Of a stretch of DNA of 64,000 nucleotides, positions 1-11,826 are shown piece by piece. This DNA comes from Selaginella moellendorffii. Taxonomy: Eukaryota > Plantae > Lycopodiophyta. Where the stretch lies: NCBI RefSeq assembly GCF_000143415.4, contig NW_003314353.1:534371-598370 (forward strand), written 5' to 3'. Each line of letters opens with the position of its first letter. Positions within the stretch are counted from its first letter, which is position 1. Position numbers and translations under genes: made by a program. Under the pieces are notes generated by a model. The model saw only the letters and a program-made list of their open reading frames with translations. It made no database searches and was not told the DNA's origin.

Positions 1-1788
1 AAAGAGGTGTAGAAGTTCAGAACCTTGTGGAGCAGCCATCAAGAGGAGCCGTATACCCAGGCCAAAGTTTGCACTTGAAGGTGGCTGGTGTGAAGTTGGT
101 GAAGAGACGAGGAAGTGTGTTTCTCAGGTTTTGGTGGGACAGAGGCAAGCTGGTTTCATCCTTTGTAGCTCTGTAGGAGTAGAGGAAGTAAGTAGTAAAG
201 CAGCAAAACTGAAAGCCGTCCAAGAGAAGTCGTGGCTGTTTCAAGTCGGATGTTTAAAGTTTCGAGAAGAGGCGTTTGTGCAACTGATCTCGGGAAGAAG
301 CTGGTCAAATTCAGATCACAAGACTTTGAGGAAGCAGCTCAAACTTATGAAGAGGAGGAAGAGGAGGAGGAACCGCATGAGGGAACAGCTACCCACGATG
401 CAGCAATGGAGCAGTGACTGCGGGACGCAGCACAAGGCAGTCGTGGGAGAGTGGAGAAGGGAGAAAAAGACAAGCTCGAGGATTCAAGCTTAGGAAAGTA
501 AACTTGAGAGGTTCAAGGTTAGGACTGTATTCCTAACCTTGACGTGAGCAGTAGCGACTATAAAAGTAGGACTTAGAATGTTTTTAGACTTATCCCTAAT
601 ACAAAATACATTGCAATACATCGTCATTCTGCCTATCTCTTTGGCTATTCACAGCAATGTCTTACTTACCCACCGCCTTCAAGGGATCAAAGGCATGGGA
701 CTAGCACCTTCAAGCACATGTTCACAGTCTCTATTTGGCTTCAGAATAAAATAAAACAATAGTTATTAGCTGAAATAATAACATAAAGTTATAAATTATA
801 GAGTTTCATAAAAATTATATTATATTAAAAATATTCGTAAGAACATATTCTATGATGATTGTGAATTTGTAACGAAAGAAGAGATATTTAAGAGTACATT
901 AAACAATTTTTATATATACTAAATCAATAAAAAAATAAAACAAAAAATCAAATAGTTATATCTGAAAATAAATATTTAAAAAATAAAAAATAATTATGAT
1001 TTTAGGTGAATTGTCAGTGAGAGTAAATTTAAAGAATAAAAAACAATATTTTATTATCTTCTGCATAATATTATATAGCTTTCTTTAATATTTCTAATAG
1101 AAATTTTACAAGTGATTTAAAAGTTAAATTAATCAGCTTTAAACTTACAATTTTATATTATAGATTACAACTATAAATTAAGCTACATGAATAAAATAAT
1201 TTAATTTATGGATATATGTAATTATGGTTCTATCGTTTCATGAAAATAAATTAGTCACTTTTAATAAAAGAATATATATAAAACACAAACCCAAAATATG
1301 AATAAAATGAAGAACATATGTTTCAAATTATTAGCTTGGATGGATCATTAGTAAGTTGTAGTAAAAATTATATGCTCTGTTGAAGAAGTCTCATTCTTGA
1401 AGTGTATTCTTGATGTTCCTACTGTTTGACCTTGGAAACAAAAGAAATCCACAAGAAAGTCCCATAGGATTTACTAGGCTAACGTATTTGCATGATAGGG
1501 TTTTCAAGAAGATATTTAACTTTGGGCATCTAGGAAGTCATGTCACTAACTTGAGTGATGGGTAAAATAAGAAATCAAAACTCAAATACTTACAGTTTTT
1601 TTTAAATTTCTCAAGGATATTTTTCTCATATGAAGTTCCCTTACTTTACTTTAATCTAGCCCCTATTTCAAAAAATATATTCTTGGTAACAGTTTTTCAA
1701 TTTGGCTTTACTTGCTAGAATTAAGCTTAATAGTTGATAAACTACTTTGGAAAGGTATTCTTTTTTACTAATGTGAACCTATGATAGA

Positions 1789-2136
1789 NNNNNNNNNNNN
1801 NNNNNNNNNNNNNNNNNNNNNNNNNNNNNNNNNNNNNNNNNNNNNNNNNNNNNNNNNNNNNNNNNNNNNNNNNNNNNNNNNNNNNNNNNNNNNNNNNNNN
1901 NNNNNNNNNNNNNNNNNNNNNNNNNNNNNNNNNNNNNNNNNNNNNNNNNNNNNNNNNNNNNNNNNNNNNNNNNNNNNNNNNNNNNNNNNNNNNNNNNNNN
2001 NNNNNNNNNNNNNNNNNNNNNNNNNNNNNNNNNNNNNNNNNNNNNNNNNNNNNNNNNNNNNNNNNNNNNNNNNNNNNNNNNNNNNNNNNNNNNNNNNNNN
2101 NNNNNNNNNNNNNNNNNNNNNNNNNNNNNNNNNNNN
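1789..2136. other. Assembly gap (run of N)
   Basis: 348 consecutive N; the ORFs at 1742-2167 are artefacts of the gap. Confidence 0.99.
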
Positions 2137-2399
2137 ACTTCATGGACAATTCAAAAATATGATATAGGGGATTGTCTTGATATATAAAACTTAGTCAACA
2201 CAGTTTCCCATGATAAATTATTTCAATAGCTACAACAAATTAACACACCATTAGTTGTCATTGAATAAATATATGTTATTATTCTTGCAGACTATCAAGG
2301 AGTTAAATAGATTGAATGCACTATTTGCATTAAATAAGGATGTCCATTGTGTTTAGCTTATACATGAATGCCCTTGAGAGTTTAATGTGGCATTAAAGC

Positions 2400-3690
2400 T
2401 TTTTGGAAATCCATATAACTGACCACTTCATTCTCACAATAAAATCTGTGGAACGTAGTCTGCATTATAGTTAGATCAATTAGGGTCAAAATTTTCCATG
2501 AACTTGTTATTCCTTGTGATCATCAAGGTATGCAGCACACAGCAAGACATGATGTTGTTCGCAAGGATGCCTAGATGTCCTCTAAATCCCTTCTAACCAA
2601 GCAATTTCCATTGCCTTTTTAAAATTCCAAAAGATTGCTTGACAACAATCCTCATAGAAGAATGAAGAAAGTTGTATTGCTCTTTGCCATGAAACTTGTT
2701 TGGATATAAGACCAAAACCAGTAAAGCACACTCTTATCCTCTGTCAGCAATGATATACAATGGAATGTCCCCAAACTCTATGTGGTACACTGGACCACAT
2801 AAACACTTCTTCTTTATCTATGCCTTCTTCAAACCACTAGAATTCCAAACTTGTCTATCTGGAACACTACCTACTATCCCTATTGTTATGTAAAGGAATG
2901 AAGTCTTACTGTCTACCACAACTTGAACTACCATTGAGTAGTACTTTTTTGCCCTAGCATACCAATCTATTGCATCCTCTGATCCTAGGAGCTTGATTGC
3001 CATATGAGTGCAATCCATTGCACCACAACAATTTGGGAATCCATGCAATCTCTGAAATCATGCTATAAATTCATTTATTCCCTCCTCATCTGCCAATGGA
3101 TCATTAGTCCTTCATGCTCAAGCAATGAATACCTAAATCAGCATAGACAAGCTTGAGTGCATGAAGCCACTCTAAATGCATCACCAATTATTTGCCATGT
3201 ATCCCCGAATGCCAAGCGTTTCAAAGCAATAGCTACTTGCTTTGAAATAGCTAAGTGCTACTTTGGTATTTCTGCCAAACCTGGAGGAGGCCTCCTGGCC
3301 AATTTTGGAGCAAGCTCGTCACAAAGAAAAGTGAATGTAGATACTAAAAAACTTCTCTGAATCTTTGTGGATTTATATAGAGAAACTAAAGCTCTGTTTG
3401 ATACCACTAGTGGAGACTTCTTGGCTTGATGTAATCCACATTGATCAATAGCCCTAGGAGCTCCTTTTTAGTGATCGCTCTTTCAATAAATGAAGTTGCA
3501 ATAGGACATGGCATAGAAAGTACTATAGCAATCGCTTCCTTCACCATTCAAATGAATAAAAGCTTTCTTGAAACTGGAACTAAGATCATGTCCTCCTCTA
3601 GAAAGAACAACTCTACCAGATTTAAGTACCTCATCACAATCTCTACAGCATGGGAAATGATTGCCAAGGAAGAATTGCCAAGCTATGGCA
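2400..3690 (-). mobile_element. Degenerate PIF/Harbinger DDE transposase (HARBI1/DDE_Tnp_4-like)
   Basis: ORF 2818-3048(-) GFPNCCGAMDCTHMAI...YYSMVVQVVVD...GSVPDRQVW matches the Harbinger nuclease core. Downstream on the same strand: IADRG*...YNFLHSSMRIVVKQSFGILKRQWKLL. Many stops; boundaries approximate. Confidence 0.85.
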
Positions 3691-4328
3691 TGCTATGCAC
3701 TCAATTTAGGGTAAAAAAAAATGGCACCCTAATCCATTATGATGTGGAAAAAAAGAAGCTAATGTGTAGCCTTATGTGGCATATAAAAAAGAGGGTTACA
3801 TGTAATGTAACCATTAAAAAAAAAGGAGGGGAAAGTTGTTTTTGGAGGGGGGGGTGAGGAGAAATTTCCAGGTGGGTGGAGCATGGAACCCCACCCTAAG
3901 GGAACTACTCCTTATTCACATGGGTATAAATTAAAAATGCCTTGAGATGGAAAATACTTAGTAGTCTATTGCTTAACCCCCAATGAGCTTATAGAAGGTG
4001 ATGAACTTGATCTAGCCCAAATAATATACCAAATTGAGGAATATGATTAAGCCACCTCTTCATGTGTTGAATAATTCTTTTAAGCTTTGAGTCCAAGCTT
4101 GTATTATTCTATTCCAGTAAACCATTTAAGAAATAGTGTTTGGTTGCAATCACTAAGTAAAAACTAAATAAACCAAGTGCTTGTTACATATTGAACTTAA
4201 GCAAGTTTTAATAAATTGTTCTCTTTTTAGAATTAACATCTAACTATCCCAGCGGAGCTGGGTTCCCTACTAGTCTATCCTAAAAGTTAAAAAAGAAAAA
4301 TAAAATGCGCTAGAACCCTAAAACTCTT

Positions 4329-4338
4329 GCCACGTGGC
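4329..4338. promoter_or_regulatory. Palindromic G-box (GCCACGTGGC) upstream of the PLATZ gene
   Basis: Perfect palindrome ~40 nt upstream of ATG 4376; motif match only. Confidence 0.4.
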
Positions 4339-4375
4339 ATTTTCGTTCGTTTCGCGAAAGCTCATTCCCCACTCC

Positions 4376-5262
4376 ATGACAGCACTTGCGCCACGGGAAG
4401 AACTCGCGCGAGGGGTCGATCGGCCAGAGCTGCGGCTCGGGAATGATCCGGAACAGCCGCGGCGCTGCGAAATCCCTTCTTGGATCCACGATTTCGCGTG
4501 CACCGCCTACTTCGCTGCCTGTTCGCGCTCCTGGTGCGGGTGGACAAGATATTTCTGCATCGACTGCTCTCGGCCAATGTGCGATTCGTGCCGCTGCGCA
4601 CACGCGATGGAGCATCGGTTCATCCAGGTTCGAGAATTTTTTTTTTTTCTTTCGCTCGCCAGGAGCTGATGGTTTTTTCTTGCGATCCAGGTGCGCCGGG
4701 CGTCGCATCGCGATTGTGTAGATCTTAACGACGCGGGCGATCGCCTCGAAACGAGGGGAATCCAAACGTATACAAACAACCACAAGCCGATCATCTTTCT
4801 CCGCGGCAAACCCAGATCAGATGGAGAGGCCAAAGATTTCTGGGATTTTAATCTTTATATCCTGGAAGCAAAGTTTTATATGCATGACATCTCTTTTTGG
4901 TATGTTATTCTGCTAGCACTCGCGGTTGGAAGAAGCCTTGTCTTGGCTGTGGGAAGAGCTATCTGTCGGCAAAAGCTAAGTTCTGCTCGATTACCTGCAA
5001 GGTATTCCTTCGATTTCCCCTTAGCACTTTCTCGAGACTACTGTCGTTCTTCATGTCTAGATTTCTTTCCTTCTTCTTTCTCTTTGGCCTGAGATAGCGT
5101 TTGATCTTGCTATGTTTGGATTCTTTGGACGGCATTCTTCTTAGTTGATCCGATCTTCTTTGATTCTAATGCTCTCCTTTCTGGCAGATACATCCACCCA
5201 CGCCTTGCCCCAAAAGGGTCCATAGGAGGAAGGAAATTCCCCAGAGAGCACCAATTAGATAG
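4376..5262 (+). CDS. PLATZ zinc-binding transcription factor, 4 exons (approx. 4376-4627, 4691-4872, 4917-5001, 5188-5262)
   Basis: Spliced product has PSWI...YFAAC...YFCIDC..MCDSCRCAHAMEHRFIQ|VRRASHRD...GIQTYTNNHKPIIFL, then CLGC-x11-CSITC and C-terminal HRRKEIPQRAP (PLATZ RRKGIPxRAP-like motif). GT-AG introns; the exon 2 donor is the least certain. Confidence 0.85.
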
Positions 5263-5472
5263 AGCTCATGTCCATGGAGCTTGATGGAGTGATACAGAAA
5301 TAAGGAAGATTCTTAAATCTCAAGCTTGATTGACGAAAGATAGGTTGACAAAGTTTGAATAAACATTAGAATATGCCATGAAAATTAGAGCAATCCGAGA
5401 TAATTGTAAACATTAATGTTTGATTGGAAAAAGATTCGAACCCGACGCCAACTTCTAACGGTAAACCAGACT

Positions 5473-5506
5473 CCACGTGGCATCCGGCGTGGAGTGCTGA
5501 CGTGGC
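5473..5506. promoter_or_regulatory. Paired G-box/ABRE-like elements (CCACGTGGC, TGACGTGGC) upstream of the RING gene leader
   Basis: Two ACGTGGC cores 25 nt apart; motif match only. Confidence 0.4.
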
Positions 5507-6425
5507 AAACACGTTGGATACCACTGTTGAGCGTTCTTTTCGTCTTGGTTTTGACGCCCCGGGGGCCTTTCTTCTGTCTTCAGCCATGCTTCTAGGGTTC
5601 CGGGAGGCGACGGGGCAAGAACAGCGCAGCTGCGGCATCCCCCATGGATCGATTGATCGATTGATTCGCTCAGGTACGGATGGCGAGCTCGGCGCTTCGC
5701 TGCATTCTCTGGCAATCTCTGGGAAGATTCTGTAGTAATCTGACAGGATTCTCTGGGTGTCTCGGTGGAATCTTAGGTTCTTGGCGATGCTCGGTTCTTG
5801 ATCCGCAACTTGCGATTGCAGCTCCATCGAGGTGAGAGATTCCATTCCTTCGCAAACGATGCCTATTGGATGATTTCGTGCTTTCTTTATGTCACGTATT
5901 GGACAAATTTTTTTTTTCTCTTCTCGTGAGTCGTGGTATTGTGTGATTCATAGCTTGCACAGGACAAGATTTTTCGTCTTTTGCAGTCGTCTTGTCATGC
6001 TTCCTTGCCAAGTTGCTGACTTGCTGTTCATTAGGACAAAACCATAGCTCGATGATCTTTGATCCTTCTTTCTTCCATGGTTCATGGATTCTTTGCTTCT
6101 TCTTTTGTTGCTGTGATGGCTTGACTTTGTCGATTGTTTTTCCTATTGTTAAGTGCTTAGCGAAGCAAGCGACTTTGGCTTTTTTCGTTTCTTGTTTTTT
6201 TTCTCCGTGTATATCACTCTGGTTTTTTTTTCTTCGTTCAGTTCATGTGTCCTAATGCATTAGCCTAGTGCCGTGTTGCAGGCGCATATATTTTGGAGAT
6301 TGGTAGGACCTTCAACAGGAGCCTCTGACAAGACAGCACCAATGCATTGTGGACGCTCATCAAACTCTGGCAGCAACGATTCTAGTCGCCCTAGGAGAAG
6401 AAAAGCAGGCGAGGACTCGTGAGTG

Positions 6426-7661
6426 ATGGAGGAAAGACAGGCCAGGGGGCGAAACTTTGCTAGAAAGTTCCTGGGCTTTATGTCCTCCAAGAGAAAGCGA
6501 GATGAAGAAAAGAAGCGGATGGATCTGTGGAAAGCTATGCGAGATTCTAGCGTGGAAAGACTAGCTGCGGTCATTGCCTCGGCAAGAACGGAATTTGGCG
6601 ATCAGCTCGACGATCTATGCTCAGATGCGGAAGGCGTCCTGCAGAGGTTACTCAGAGAAGGCAGAGCAACAGGTACTCACAGAAAGATTACGCTAAGGGA
6701 GAGATTGTTACTAGCGGATATAGAGGCGAGTAGTCAACAGCAGCCATTACTGCCGCAAGAAACGTCCACCGCGGTACCGAGAGAGAATTGCTCCGGGAAC
6801 TCGGAGATTGTACCAGCAGCAGCAGCAGCAGATGCTCCTCCGGTGATCCAAGCCGTGCTGACTTTAGTGAGGCCGTCATCCACGACCGAGATCCAGCAAC
6901 AGTCCAATCCAGAAGTCGCCGGAGGAGAAGGGGCTTCTTTACCCGCACAGCCGCTGTCGGGAAATCAAAACGCGACCAGTGGAAGAAGACTTCTCAGTGC
7001 ACTGCTTTGGGAGGAGCGCAACTTAGATGGTCCGGATCAGGGGCTGACGGAGGGATGGGTCGCATTTGGCGTCACTGCTCCGATCCACTTCGACCACTCG
7101 AGGAGCCAGTCCGTGGCCAGCGAGCTGAACAGGGTCGGCTTCCACCGTCCGAGCGCATCACTGGACGCTCCACCGGAAGCAGCAGCAGCAGCGGCGGCGG
7201 CGGCGGCAGCTCCCACTCGGAGTTTAAGTTCGTTGATCACTTCCACGCCGAGTTCTCGAGATGCTGGTACCGCCACAGTTCCCGAGACTCCAATGCGGGT
7301 GTCTCTCATGTCCTTGCTCCGGGAGGCCGAGGAGGGAGGAAGCGGGATCATCTTCATGAACAGGCAGATGATAGACAGGAACAGTGGTGGCGGTGGCGGT
7401 GGCGGTGCTGGCGGCGTAGCTTTCGAGTCCCCGGCCAAGGAAGCCACAGGACTCACAGGAGGAGGAGGATCAAACGTAGTAACAGGGGACGGGATAACGA
7501 TGGAGCAGACGTGCTGCGTTTGTATGGGACGCCAAAAGGGGGCGGCCTTCATACCGTGCGGCCATACCTTTTGTAGGAGGTGTTGTAAAGAGCTCCAGCA
7601 AGCAAGAGGGAGCTGTCCACTTTGCAACAAGGAGATAAGCGACGTCCTCAATCTTTACTGA
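6426..7661 (+). CDS. C-terminal RING-HC (C3HC4) protein, putative E3 ubiquitin ligase
   Basis: Single-exon ORF ending CCVCMGRQKGAAFIPCGHTFCRRC...CPLCNKEISDVLNLY, with the family's RVSLMSLL motif upstream. A probable 5' UTR intron ends at the acceptor at ~6280. Confidence 0.9.
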   Translation: MEERQARGRNFARKFLGFMSSKRKRDEEKKRMDLWKAMRDSSVERLAAVIASARTEFGDQLDDLCSDAEGVLQRLLREGRATGTHRKITLRERLLLADIEASSQQQPLLPQETSTAVPRENCSGNSEIVPAAAAADAPPVIQAVLTLVRPSSTTEIQQQSNPEVAGGEGASLPAQPLSGNQNATSGRRLLSALLWEERNLDGPDQGLTEGWVAFGVTAPIHFDHSRSQSVASELNRVGFHRPSASLDAPPEAAAAAAAAAAAPTRSLSSLITSTPSSRDAGTATVPETPMRVSLMSLLREAEEGGSGIIFMNRQMIDRNSGGGGGGGAGGVAFESPAKEATGLTGGGGSNVVTGDGITMEQTCCVCMGRQKGAAFIPCGHTFCRRCCKELQQARGSCPLCNKEISDVLNLY

Positions 7662-8115
7662 GCGATGGTGGTAAGCTTTTGGAGCTCTTGGTTTTTTTTG
7701 TCTCGATCTTTGCTCTAGCTTGTGACAGATCAAACCATGGCCTGGGCCTTGCAGGAGGATTGAATGATCGAAGTCATTTTTTTGGCAACGATTTCGATTT
7801 CTCGCTCGAGCTGGACTGAGACGATGGGTGTCAAAAGACGCGAAAGCTCCGTACTGCTGTTGGTCCTCGAGCCTGGGAGTCTCGACGGTGGTGATTCTGC
7901 CACGTTTCAGAAACCAACGGCCAGGATGTCGTGATTAGGATATGATTTAAAATTTTCGTGCTGTGCTAATGCGAGAAGAATCAGAACGAAACTAGTGAAG
8001 GCAACGCTTGTAGATTCTTTTCTTTGCTTGGAAGTGTCCATCATGGCTCGCGCCCTTGTAGCTACGAGAATTGCCTAGGGTTCTTGATCAGGTGATTGCC
8101 CTCTCTGGTTAGGAG

Positions 8116-11100
8116 ATGGAGATGGAGGCGCCCGAGAGCGGCGGATATGTGGAGCTCTTCGTGCGGAATATCAGCTACCAGGCAAGCGTCGAGCAATTCG
8201 TGGAATTTCTTGAGGGCGTGATCGGGCGCGAGAGTGTGATTTCTTGCGAGCTGCTCAGCAACGACAATGGCCGCTCCAAAGGCCGGGCGATCGTCAAGCT
8301 TTCGACGGAACACGCCGCGGTGGTGCTGCATAGAGCTGGGCTGGGCCTGCGATTCGCTGGAAGAAAACTCGTGGCCAATGTAAGCAACAGGGTCCAGCCC
8401 AACCCGCAGCATCCAAATGCCCGGGCAGGGAGCGCGAAGCTCTACTGTGGGAATTTGGCCGAGGATCAAACAGTGGAGTATCTGTGGTGCTCGTCCCAAG
8501 CCAAGGCCGAGTTTTTCTTCTCGGACCCTGTCAAGGTGGAGCTTCTTGTCGACAGCGACTACAAAATGGAGATCATATCAAGCAGCATTGCCTCGCTCGA
8601 GAGCTGTAAGATCTCTCCCGAGAATTCTCCAGGCCTCGTGTTCCAGGTAATCTTTCTAACTTCGACTCAAAGATTTTCTTTGCTGTCTTTCACTTTTTCT
8701 TTCCAGCTCTACTATCCTCCTCGCGTCTACAAGCGACTCGAAAACTCTTGCAGCATTTTCTCATACTCCAGAGCAGATATCTGCGACGACTATCTCTGGG
8801 CTCGCGCCACCGATTTTACTCCTGACAGTGCACTTGGCCAGTCGGTGGTGTTCTGCCTCGAGCTCCCGGATTCTTCCCAAGACGAGCTACGCAAGATCAT
8901 CCAGAAGTTTAATGACTACAACTTGGGCGACTATCCTCCTCGCTTCAGACGAATGGTGTTGAGGAGAGGCCAGCCTTTTTCAGTCCGTCAGCTAGCCGTG
9001 CCGGTTCTCAGCTCGACCTGTGGATTTGATCTTCCTTTGGAGGTGGAGTTCAAGGTAAACTATTTGATCCAAAATGGCCACGTCAGTCCAGCAGGTCTTA
9101 CACGTGAGTTCTTCGGCTTGCTATCCGAGAACACGCCAGCATGGTGCCTCTCGGCTTTGAGCAATCTCGAAAGGTGCGAAAAGACGTGCTTAAATCCCGC
9201 AAGTCAGATCCGAAACTATATGAGGACCACCAACAGAAGACGCGAGAGGTATCTTGGGGCTGTAGCCGCAGATGAAGGCCAGATATATGTCAAGCGTGTG
9301 CTCGTCACTCCTCTCAAAGTCTACTTCATCGGACCTGAGCTCGAGGAGTCGAATCGCGTGACAAGGCATTTTTCTCACAAGCTCGACAACTTTCTCCGCG
9401 TCACTTTCGTCGACGAGGACTTTGATTCGCTCAGCTCTTATGTTCTCAGCTCGAGCAGGGGGAGGACGAACACTGAAGTCTACTATCGGCTGCTGGCTAT
9501 ACTACGGCTCGGCATAAAGCTCTGCGGCAAAGACTTCCAGTTTCTGGCTTTTTCAGCGAGCCAGTTGCGTGAGAATTCGCTCTGGATGTTTGCGGACGAC
9601 GACGAGGTTACCGGCGAGTACATCAGGCAATGGATGGGTGACTTCCTCTCGATCAGAAACGTGGCAAAGTGCGCAGCAAGGATGGGCCAGAGCTTCTCCA
9701 CTTCAACTCGTACTTTGGACGTGCCTCGGGGAGAAGTCCGTCAGCTAAGCGACGTAGAAACCTTCACCCCGGAGGGTCATAAGTATTGCTTCTCGGACGG
9801 GATAGGGACCATCTCGACAGAGTTTGCGACTCGAGTCGCGAGAAGGTGTCGCGCAAGCACCGTCCCTTCGGCATTCCAGATCAGATATGGAGGGTACAAA
9901 GGCGTTGTCGCTGTGGATCCGGCCTCTTGCTTCAAGTTATCGCTACGACCAAGTATGTCCAAGTTTCCGTCCGAGCAAACTACTCTGGACGTTCTGGAGA
10001 AGACGCGCTACATTCCCTCCTATCTAAACCGCGAGATTATCTCCCTGCTTTCGACACTGGAAGTCCCTGACGAAGTCTTTGAGCGAATGCAAGCGCACCA
10101 AGTAGAGCTTCTCGACAGGATGCTGCTGGACTCGGCAGCTACTTACGACGTTCTCAGAGTTTTATACGCTGGAGAGTGCCACAAGCTGCTGGTCTCAATG
10201 GTGCTCGCTGGTTTCAGTCCGGTCACTGAGCCTTACATGAGAAGCTTGCTACAAGCTTTCAGAGCGGCGCAGCTGCTATCTCTCGAGAAGAAGTCTCGTA
10301 TCTTCGTTCCAAAAGGAAGGCTACTTATGGGGTGCTTGGACGAGCAGCGAGTGCTTCGGTATGGACAGTGCTTTGTGCAAGTCTCACCACTACAGGGTGT
10401 GCCGGTGGAAGAAGAGATTCACTGTGACAGGGGAGTTACTGCCAGGAACCAAGCGTTTGCGGTGACAGGATCTGTGGTGGTCGCAAAGAATCCATGCCTT
10501 CATCCAGGAGACGTGCTGGTACTCGAAGCGGTTGATGTTCCGGAGCTTCACCACATGGTCGATTGCATTGTTTTCCCTCAACAAGGACCACGGTCAGTTC
10601 TCGTTTCTGTTGTCATATCAGTTCTCTGTGTGCTACTTTTACAGGCCTCATCCAAACGAGTGCTCGGGAAGTGATCTCGACGGCGACCAGTACTTCGTGA
10701 GCTGGGATAGCGCACTTATCCCTCCAAAGCGACATCCACCGATGAATTACGAAGCCCCGCCTGCCATGGAACTGGATCACTCCGTGAGGCTTGAGGTAAT
10801 TTTGTTGGAAAAATGTTTGTCCAGCAGTCTATCCCGTGGTTTACGTTCTCAGGAGATTCAAGAGTTTTTTGTGAACTGGATAACAAGCGACAGCCTCGGA
10901 GTGATAGCACACGCCCATCTCGCTCTCTCGGACTGGTCAGAATTGCAAACCCGGGATCCAAAGTGCATGGAGCTGGCGAGACTCTACTCGGTAGCAGTCG
11001 ATTTCCCAAAGACCGGAGTTCCAGCCGTTATGCCACCGGAGCTCCGCCCCGAGCAGTATCCCGACTTCATGGAGAAACGGAACAAGAGGACATACATATC

Positions 11101-11596
11101 CACACGCGTCATCGGAAAGCTCTACAGATCCATCCGAGAAAGCCACAGGGACACCAACACGAGCCCTCTGGTGTCCGAGCGTTCATTCGACCAGCAATAC
11201 GATCGGGCGCTCGTCGTCCAGGGGTACCAGAGTCACCTGGAAGAGGCAAAGTTCTTCAAGGAGTGCTACAATAGCAAGCTGACGAGCATTCTCAATCACT
11301 ACAAAGTTAGCGAGGCCGAGATTATGAGTGGAAGCATCCGGAGTTTGGCGAGGTACTCGAGGAGGAGGCAGGGCGACGCCATGGCTCGAGTGGTGCTGGC
11401 TGCAAAGGCTCTGGTGAAGGAAGCTCGGGGATGGTTTGACGATGGTGGCGAGATCACTGAGAACGAGGCCTGTGCCAAGGCTTTTGCGTGGTATCACGTA
11501 ACTTATCATCCGGAAGCCAGGAAGGAGAGTGATCTCCTAAGTTTTCCATGGGTGGTCCTTGTGGCGATTAAAAAGAGGAACTCCGCGAGATCATAA
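8116..11596 (+). CDS. RNA-dependent RNA polymerase, RDR1/RDR2-type (RDR-alpha); introns 8647-8706, 10593-10644, 10796-10852
   Basis: N-terminal RRM-like segment; FLRVTFVDED, KCAARMGQSFS, FSDGIGTIS, QIRYGGYKG, AKNPCLHPGD, catalytic CSGSDLDGD, AVDFPKTG, LSFPW. GT-AG introns restore one frame. Confidence 0.95.
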
Positions 11597-11826
11597 TATT
11601 TTACCTACTAAAAAATTGGATTTTTTTTTAAACTAGGGTTTTGTGGAAATAGAAATATATCAATATATTATATTTGTATAGATTTGCTTTATTCAGTAAA
11701 ATGCATTGCATTTTAACCCGTTAGGTTCAGAAAACACAAACTATGTTTCCTTAAATACTAAAGTGTTTGCCAGCCTGGTCATCTGTAATGGCCTATTTCT
11801 GTAAACACCAACACAAACAAGTTCAA

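Noticed and set aside
1-720. Purine-rich ORFs 131-493 and 232-417
   Set aside because: No recognisable domain and truncated by the window edge; may be retroelement-derived but cannot be supported.
1742-2167. ORFs made of X residues
   Set aside because: Artefacts of the N gap.
3889-4270. Possible Harbinger terminus (CCCCACCC followed by TAA) and weak inverted repeat gggaactactcc / ggagctgggttccc
   Set aside because: The matching opposite end is not visible (possibly in the gap) and the inverted repeat is too short and imperfect.
6688-7651. Long alternative-frame and antisense ORFs over the RING gene (likewise over the GT37, CCCH, HSP70 and PPR regions)
   Set aside because: Expected shadows of GC-rich coding sequence; no independent motifs.
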